NCBI GenBank assembly: GCA_964016885.1
Contig: OZ024740.1
Span: forward strand, 153,202,001 to 153,266,000
Source: Eledone cirrhosa
Lineage: Eukaryota
Direction: 5' to 3'
DNA length: 64,000 nt
Positions 56,400 through 64,000 of the stretch are shown in pieces; position 1 is the first letter of the stretch, and each line of letters starts with the position of its first letter. Made by a program: the position numbers and the translations under genes. Below the pieces are notes generated by a model. The model was not told the DNA's origin. It saw only the letters and a list, made by a program, of their open reading frames with translations, and did not search any database.

Positions 56400-58130
56400 T
56401 AAATTGGTGCGGAGTAGAGAAGTCCCCTAAGTCCAGTAAGACAACTTCCTTAGTGCTGGTGGCGCTAATAAAAGCACCTAGTCCATGCTGTAAAATGGTG
56501 CTGGTGTTAGGAAGGGCATCCAACCAGTATATATTAATGCCAAAAACTATGAGCACAACAAATGACAATTGTAACAACTGCGTAAACAGCAACAACACTA
56601 ACCATGTTAGGGCTGCGCATGGTAGTGGGGTGGCTGGTGCGGCCATGTGCGAGAAGCCCCAGACCGTCATCAAGCAATCGCACAACAACAACTGCGTAAA
56701 AAGCAATAACACTAACCATGTTAGGGCTGCGAACGGTAGTGGGGGAGGCTGGTGCGGCCATGTGCGAGAATCCCCAACCGTCATCAAGCAATCGCACAAC
56801 AGGAACAAGAACAAGAATATGAAGGCGTCGCGTCTCAGAGTTGCCACACTTAATGTTGGCACTCTAACAGGTAGATCAAGTGAAATAGTGGAGAAGCAGA
56901 TTTACATCTTGCTAGTTCGGCAGCGAGACAGACAGATGGTGTCAAATACCAAGGCATGCCCCGGGGAAGAATGTACCCCACAACATAGGTGAGTCGTTAG
57001 TGACATCTCAGTAAGCAAGAGACAGAATGAGACATACAGGAAGGTGTGGAAAAGAAAGGTCTGGAAGCTAAAAGACCTTTCACTAAAATATAAATCTAGG
57101 AAAGCCCTTCAAGATGTGTATGGCGAAAAAGAAGACGATTTAGAGTCGTATGACATAGATGATAACTGGAATTTCTTACGTGACAACTTACTGCAAGCTA
57201 GTGAAGAAACTTGTGGCAGGAGCAGAGCTCCAACCAGACAGAGAGTGACCTGGTGGTGGAACAGCACGGTAGATAGGGCCATTAGAGACAAAAGACTAGC
57301 ATGGAACGCTTGGAAAAATGGTGGGAGTAGAGAAGGATACACAGCCGCTAAGAGAGAAGCTAGACGTCAGGTGTACTTAGCACGCAGGGAGGCTGAGAGT
57401 GAGACGTGAGGTGTTTCGCATTGCAAGGTTGTTGGAGATATGTGTGTCCGGAATGATGCTGGTGTACTTAGTGTCACGAATGATCAGAAAAAAGGGCCTG
57501 GAAATGTCATTATGATACACTGATGAATGTGGAGAACGAATGGGAGAGAGAGAGAAATTACCTCCAGTAGACCCGACAGGGACCAGCTATTGAGATTGAC
57601 GAATATATGGTCCCAGATGCAATTAAGGAAATGAAAAATGGTAAGGCCGCTGGACAGTGGGGGATAGTTGCTGAGATGCTGAAGGCATCAGGAGAAGTAG
57701 GCACTAAACTGGTTGCACGCATCATCAATCAAACTATATATGGCGGTGTCATACCCAAAGACTGGTGCAGCAGTATTCTCATAAATTGCTACAAAGATAG
57801 AGGCATAAAGCTGATGGATAGAGGTTATGAAAGTGACAAAGAGAATATTAGCACTACTAATTAGACAAAGGGTCAAATTAGATGAGATGCAGATGCAGTT
57901 TGGTTTTGTTGACCTTGAGAAGGCCTCTGATAGGGTACCCCAATCTGTCATCTGGTGGTCCCTAAGGAAACTAGGTGTTGAGGAATGGCTTGTGAGAACA
58001 GTGCAAGCTATGTACAGAGGAGCTGTCAGTAAAGTGAGAGTAAGAATGGAGTTTAGTGAGGTATTCCAGATACAAGTAAGAGTACGTCAGGGTTCGTTCC
58101 TCAGTCGGCTATTGTTCATTATAGTCCTCC
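56400..58130 (+). mobile_element. RTE/BovB-like LINE, internally deleted
   Basis: LRVATLNVGTLTGRS (APE N-terminus), TWWWN, KNGKAAG, FVDLEKASDRVP, VRQGSFLS. ~117-bp direct repeat at ~56570-56800. Confidence 0.75.
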
Positions 58131-58426
58131 AAACTATCGCCTTTGAAGAAAGCTCTCTTGATCTTCACTTCTCCTAATGATTCTCCTTCTGATGTTTGCT
58201 CTGTCTCCCATGACTTCATACTATTACTTAATGCATTGCAGTCATTTTAGTCATCCTCTCCCCTACAAATTGCTGGCCTTGTGCCTAAAGTAGAAATAAT
58301 TATTATAATCAGGGTGTCTCTGTAACATTACTTGATATCCATAAGGGTGGGTGTGTACAATACTAACATTACTAGCCAAGTAATGGGATCCATTGAGTTA
58401 ATATAATTTGTTGTTAACATTTTCAG

Positions 58427-58471
58427 GTTATAAACCAAAAGGAAAATCTATGTGGAACGATCTGAAAAACG
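58427..58471 (+). CDS. 45-nt phase 1-1 micro-exon B1: (G)YKPKGKSMWNDLKN
   Basis: ttaacattttcAG acceptor, G|GTACAT donor, open in phase 1. Confidence 0.65.
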
Positions 58472-58533
58472 GTACATATATTAATGTTTCTTAATACTAT
58501 TTAAATATAACGGAAGAACATTATATTTGTGAT

Positions 58534-58642
58534 GTTCAAATCCTGCCGAGGTTAACTTTGCCTTTCATCCTTACGGGGTCGATAAAATAAAGTATCAGTA
58601 ATGCACTGAGTAATTGCTGGCCTTGTGCCAAACATAGAAACA
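58534..58642 (+). mobile_element. 5'-truncated SINE with target-site duplication
   Basis: attatatttgtgatgttc duplicated at 58520-58537 and 58643-58660. The empty site is visible at ~60596-60613. Confidence 0.85.
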
Positions 58643-58697
58643 ATTATATTTGTGATGTTCTTCTGAACGAATTGCGAGCAATTTGTAATGTCATTAA

Positions 58698-60312
58698 CTT
58701 GTAGCCTCAGATATTCAGGACGTATCGGAGGGTTCTTGTTGTTTCCAGCAAGCATGCTTGTTTGGCGTGTTAAAAAAAGGGTGTTGGACTACTGTTCTTT
58801 AACCAGTCTTGAAATCTCTTCGAAATAGTACCTTGTGCTCCTATGAAAATCGGATGGCCTTGATCTCATGACAGTCCCAAATACTTTTTAATTACTACTT
58901 TAAATCCTGGTATCGGTTAATTTACTCTCCTTTTCTTGCACTCTTGTGTCAAAATGGGGCAAACTACATCTACAATCAGGTTCGATCTTTTTGCCTTGTT
59001 AAAAACCGCCAGGTCAGGCCTATTGTGTTCTAATTTCTTGTCTGTCTGTATTCTGAAATTCCATAGCACCTCCACTCGATCGTTTTCTATCACCGACTCT
59101 GGCTTATGCTCATACCACTACTCAGAATGTGGTAAACTATTCAGTTTTCGTTAATGCCAGTGAATCACCTTTCCCATTATATCGTGCCTCGAACCTTGAT
59201 ACATTGGATACGATGTAAGCCAAAGTTTCCTTTCTCCCTCCACAGTTCCTACAGAGTGGACTAGCCTCCTGCTTGTCAATATGGTGTTTCACTCACTTCG
59301 TTCTGAGGGCTTGCTCTTGTGCTGCCAGTAGCATTTCCTCTGTAGCTTTCTTAAGGTCTCCTCTTTTTAACCAGCTCCATCTGGGTAGATCTCTGAATTC
59401 CGTTTTCTTAAAAAAGGTACTATGAAAGGATTTTTCATGAAGGTGGCTCTTCCTCTTAATTGTTACGTCCTCCTTGGACACCCCCTTGTCTCCGTTTTCT
59501 CCTTCAGGATAATTCGAGCATCGGCTTCCTACTCTCAGACACATATTTGTGCAGACCACTCTTCCCCATCTGAACACAGTCCTCTACGCTGATAAACCTC
59601 TTCCACCTTCAGATCTATTTAAGTAAAGTCTATCAACATCACTCCTCTTGTGGAACATGGTGTAGGTAGTCATTATCTTCTTAGACTTTCTATCCATTTC
59701 TTTTTGTTCAATACCATTCCATTTCATAATTCCCGCACTGTACCTAATAATAGACACAGCTCGGGAATTTACTGCACTTATGAGATTCCTACTATTTAGA
59801 TGTGATTTTAGTATGTTCATTACTCTCCTTATGTATTCAGATCTTATCAATTCCTTCATTTTATTGTTCTTGATTTCATCTGCCTCCAGAACACCCAAAT
59901 ATTTGTATCTCTCTTCAGTGACGATTTCCTTTACCCTCTCACTCATTGGTACTTGGATTCCGTTGCTTCTATTCAATTTACCCTCTTCACCACTAGGACT
60001 CCACACTTATTAGAACCAAATTCCATACATATATCATTGCTTAAAATAGGGACAGTTTTAACAAATACATTCAACTCCTCGCTTTTCCCAAATAGTTTTA
60101 GATCGTCCATGAAGAGAAGGTTGTAGATGGTAAGCTCTCCTCTTCCCAGCTTGTATCCTGCTTTCACTATTCGCAATATGAGGGACACGGGTATGAGGAT
60201 AAGGACAAACAACAATGGAGACAAACTATCGCCTTTGAAGAAAGTTCTCTTGATCTTCATTCCTCCCAAGGATTCTCCTTCTGATGTTTGCTCTGTCTCC
60301 CATGACTTCATA
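58698..60312 (-). mobile_element. Dong/R4 3' fragment (degenerate)
   Basis: GDSLSPLLF, LLFMDDLKL, YKYLG, AAQEQALRTK. Homologous to 14385-16030. Confidence 0.85.
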
Positions 60313-60502
60313 CTATTACTTAATGCACTGGAGTCGTTTTAGTCGAATTCCCCTCCCCTTCAAATTGCTGGCCTTGTGGCTTTAGTAGAAAAAATTATTA
60401 TAACCATGGTGTCTCTGTAACATTACTTGATATGCATAAGGGTTGGGGTGTACAATACTAACATTAGCTAGTTATAATTTAATTTGTTGTTAACATTTTC
60501 AG

Positions 60503-60547
60503 GTTATAAACCAAAAGGAAAATCTATGTGGAACGATCCTAAAACCG
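60503..60547 (+). CDS. 45-nt phase 1-1 micro-exon B2: (G)YKPKGKSMWNDPKT
   Basis: Same splice sites as B1; substitutions only, frame kept. Confidence 0.65.
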
Positions 60548-60685
60548 GTACATATATTAATGTTTCTTAATACTATTTAAATATAACGGAAGAACATTAT
60601 ATTTGTGATGTTCTTCTGAACGAATTGCGAGCAATTTGTAATGTAATTTGCGCCTTTATAATGTTATTTATCATTTTATGTACTA

Positions 60686-61276
60686 CTAGCATTAAAGCCC
60701 GGCGTTGCTCGGGGTCAGTAAGTTACCAAAGTTAGGTGGCACCACCCATTTTATGGCAGCACTTTTTTTGTCTTCCAGGCACTGGGTGAATGAATTGCAG
60801 ACCTGGACTGCCGAAGCAGGAGCTGCGCCAGCAGTTAAAATTGTAGTTTCGCCTATGGATATTATCTCTGTGCAAAGAAGTGTTGAAATTTATTGTTTCA
60901 CAGTACTTGCGCAACACGTGCGTAGACGATGCCAGCCGAACAACAGAGCTGCGATGGAGTTGTTCTGCATGGTTGTCTAATGTGTGTTTTCTAAATTTAA
61001 AACAGTAGGGAGGGGTGATATATGGGGGAGAGTTAGCTGCTGTTTCTAGCAGGTTTAGTGAACCCATAGAGTATATTATTGTGTATAGTAAATAAATTGA
61101 TACTTCTCTCTTCCACGTTCGTTGAGAGATGTTTTAAAAAAGATTTATCGCTGTTTTTTTGTTGTTGAACACATTTATCTGTTGCTTTTGAATAATTGTT
61201 GTTTCGTATGAAATGTAATAATCTTTGTTGTCATTGAAGTAAATAAATGTTTGACCGTTCCACACTCAAAAACAAA

Positions 61277-61313
<37 letters not shown>

Positions 61314-61627
61314 GCGTTCCTAAAGGAAGTTTGTAAGTTTAAGCGTATATAAGAGAAAGTTGCAGCATGTATGTAGTTTTATCGAATTTTAAGGGGAGTA
61401 GAGAGAAGTAAGCAGATTCTATTAGAGGGATAAAGCGTCATGTATTTAGTTTTATCGATTATTTCCGTAATTGTGGGTGAGTTTGAAATAAATAAATAGT
61501 CGTTGACCTAAGTTAGACAATTTACAACATTCTTACAGACATTCAATCGAATCGGTTTGAAATTGTGCAAATGTATAAAATTGAAACATACATACAGACA
61601 CAAAAATCTGCCTTTTATAGATAATGA
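60686..61627 (-). mobile_element. Non-autonomous Helitron
   Basis: ctagcattaaagcccggcgttgctcgggg terminus shared with the 42259 copy (CTAG plus hairpin on the minus strand). The other end is approximate. Confidence 0.6.
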
Positions 61628-61695
61628 TGATACAGGCACTTTGGTGAGTGCACCTGAGCACTGTACATTATAATTTTCATTAATATTATTATTAA

Positions 61696-61884
61696 GGACG
61701 GTGGATTGGCAGTATCGGTAGAGAGTCGGACGCCATGCTTTCCAGCATAGTTACGTCTTTTATGGTCTGAGATCAAATCCCGCTGAGGTTTACTTTGCGG
61801 GGTCGATAAAATAAAGTACTAGTAATGCACTGAGTAATTGCTGGCCTTGTGCCTAAAGTAGAAACAGTTATTATTATTATTATT
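61696..61884 (+). mobile_element. tRNA-derived SINE (near full length) with TTA tail
   Basis: ggacggtggattggcagtatcggtagag head, gatcaaatcc B-box variant, family tail plus (TTA)n. Confidence 0.75.
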
Positions 61885-61924
61885 GGGTTCAAAGTAGAAA
61901 CAATTCTTCTTCTTATTGTTTTCT

Positions 61925-63602
61925 TGGAGTCTCAGTCATTGTTGTTATTTAACTGGAAAGTTTGTTCAAGTGAACATCAAGCCGCTACTTGTAGCCTCAG
62001 TTATTCAGGACGTATCGGAGGGTTCTTGTTGTTTCCAGCAAGCATGCTTGTTTGGCGTGTGAAAAAAAGGGTGTTGGACTACTGTTCTTTAACCAGCCTT
62101 GAAATCTCTTCGAAATAGTACCTTGTGCTCCTATGAAAATCGGATGGCCTTGATCTCATGACAATCCCAAATACTTTTTTATGGCTACTTTAAATCTTGG
62201 TATCGGTTAATTTACTCCTCCTTTTCTTGCACTCTTGTGTCAAAATGGGGCAGGCTTCATCTACAATCAGGTTCGATCTTTTTGCCTTGTTAAAAAGCGC
62301 CAGGTCAGGCCTATTGTGTTCTAATTTCTTGTCTGTCTGTATCCTGGAATTCCATAGAACCTCCACTCGATCGTTTTCTATCACCGACTCTGGTTTATGC
62401 TCATACCACTTCTCAGAATGTGGTAAACTATTCAGTTTTCGTTAATGCCAGTGAATCACCTTTCCCATTATATCGTGCCTCGAACCTTGATACATCGGAT
62501 ACGATATGAGCCAAAGTTTCCTCTCTCCCGCCACAGTTCCTACAGAGTGGACTAGCCTCCTGCTTGTCAATATGGTGTTTCACTCACTTCGTTCTGAGGG
62601 CTTGCTCTTGTGCTGCCAGGAGCATTTCCTCTGTAGCTTTCTTAAGGTCTCCACTTTTTAACCAGCTCCATCTCTGTAGATCTCTGAAGTCCGTTTTCTT
62701 AAAAAATGCACTATGAAAGGATTTTTTATGAAGGTTGCTCTTCCTCTTTATTGTTACGTCCTCTTTGGACATCCCCTTGTCTATGTTTCCTTCATTAGTA
62801 TAATTCGAGCATCGGCTTCCTACTCTCAGACACATATTTGTGCAGTCCGCTCTTCCCCATCTGAACAAAGTCCTCTACAGTGATAAGACCTCTCCCACCT
62901 TCAGATCTATTTAAGTAAAGACTATCAACATCACTCCTCGTGTGGAACATGCTGTATGTAGTCATTATCTTCTTAGACTTTCTATCCATTTCTTTTTGTT
63001 CAATACCATTCCATTTCATAATTCCTGCACTGTACCTAATAATAGACACAGCTCGGGAATTTACTGCACTTACGAGATTCCTACTATTTAGATGTGATTT
63101 TAGTATGTTCCTTACTCTCCCTATGTATTCAGATCTTATCAATTCCTTCATTTTATTGATTTTGATATAATCTGCCCCCAGAACACCCAAATATTTGTAT
63201 CTCTCTTCAGTGCCGATTTCCTTTACCTTCTCACTCATTGGTACTTGGATTCCGTTGCTTCTATTCAATTTACCCCTCTTCACCACTAGGACTCCACACT
63301 TATTAGCACCAAATTACATACATATATCATTGCTTAAAATACGGACAGTGTTAAGAAATACATTCAACTCCTCGCTTTTCCCAAATAGTTTTAGATCGTC
63401 CATGAAGAGAAGGTAGATGGTAAGCTCTCCTCTTCTCAGCTTGTATCCTGCTTTCACTTTTCGCAATATGACGGACAAGGGTATGAGGGTAAGGACAAAT
63501 AACAATGGAGACAAACTATCGCCTTTGAAGAAAGCTCTCTTGATATTCATTCCTCCCAAGGATTCTCCTTCTGATGTTTGCTCTGTCTCCCATGACTTCA
63601 TA
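61925..63602 (-). mobile_element. Dong/R4 3' fragment including the 3' end
   Basis: HNRPDL, LLFMDDLKL. 3' UTR gagtctcagtcattg matches 14335. Confidence 0.85.
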
Positions 63603-63792
63603 CTATTACTTAATGCACTGGAGTCGTTTTAGTCGACTTCCCCTCCCCTTCAAATTGCTGGCCTTGTGGCTTTAGTAGAAACAATTATTATAACCATGGT
63701 GTCTCTGTAACATTACTTGATATCCATAAGGGTTGGGGTGTACAATACTAACATTACCTAGTTATAATTTAATTTGTTGTTAACATTTTCAG

Positions 63793-63837
63793 GTTATAAA
63801 CCAAAAGGAAAATCTATGTGGGACGATCTGAAAAACG
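63793..63837 (+). CDS. 45-nt phase 1-1 micro-exon B3: (G)YKPKGKSMWDDLKN
   Basis: Same splice sites as B1; the gene presumably continues beyond the window. Confidence 0.65.
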
Positions 63838-63899
63838 GTACATATATTAATGTTTCTTAATACTATTTAAATATAACGGAAGAACATTATATTTGTGAT

Positions 63900-64000
63900 G
63901 TTCAAATCCTGCCGAGGTTAACTTTGCCTTTCATCCTTACGGGGTCGATAAAATAAAGTATCAGTAATGCACTGAGTAATTGCTGGCCTTGTGCCAAACA
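63900..64000 (+). mobile_element. 5'-truncated SINE (duplicate of the 58534 insertion)
   Basis: Same sequence and same left junction as 58534-58642. Confidence 0.85.

Larger units (their letters stand above)
58131..64000 (+). repeat. Tandem segmental duplication; units start ~58131, ~60223, ~63513, each with a B micro-exon
   Basis: aaactatcgcctttgaagaaag...ctgatgtttgctctgtctcccatgacttc recurs three times, each followed by a SINE tail and the exon. The first two units continue into a Dong fragment. Confidence 0.85.

Overview
Eukaryotic, AT-rich, repeat-saturated DNA with (TA)n/(CA)n/(GA)n microsatellites. The SINE and LINE make-up suggests an octopod cephalopod (inference only). Nearly all long ORFs are decayed retrotransposons, and most other ORF-track entries are microsatellite noise. 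Three systems stand out. (1) 8.3-29.5 kb is a nest of non-LTR elements joined at (TTA)n tracts: three near-full-length Tx1/L1-type elements, one 3' stub and an opposite-strand Dong/R4 element. Two Tx1 copies share an almost identical ORF2, including the same in-frame TGA, but have divergent ORF1/5'UTRs. (2) Several unrelated short non-coding families in or beside (TA)n tracts carry minimal hammerhead ribozyme (HHR) motifs, some with partial-tandem plus fold-back architecture, like Penelope-derived retrozyme-type elements. A Penelope element here carries the same kind of ribozyme. (3) A + strand host gene invisible to the ORF track: a signal-peptide exon (38561-38621), three 57-nt acidic Tyr-containing micro-exons and three 45-nt Lys-rich micro-exons. 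All are phase 1-1 and predict a secreted modular repeat protein that runs off the window end.
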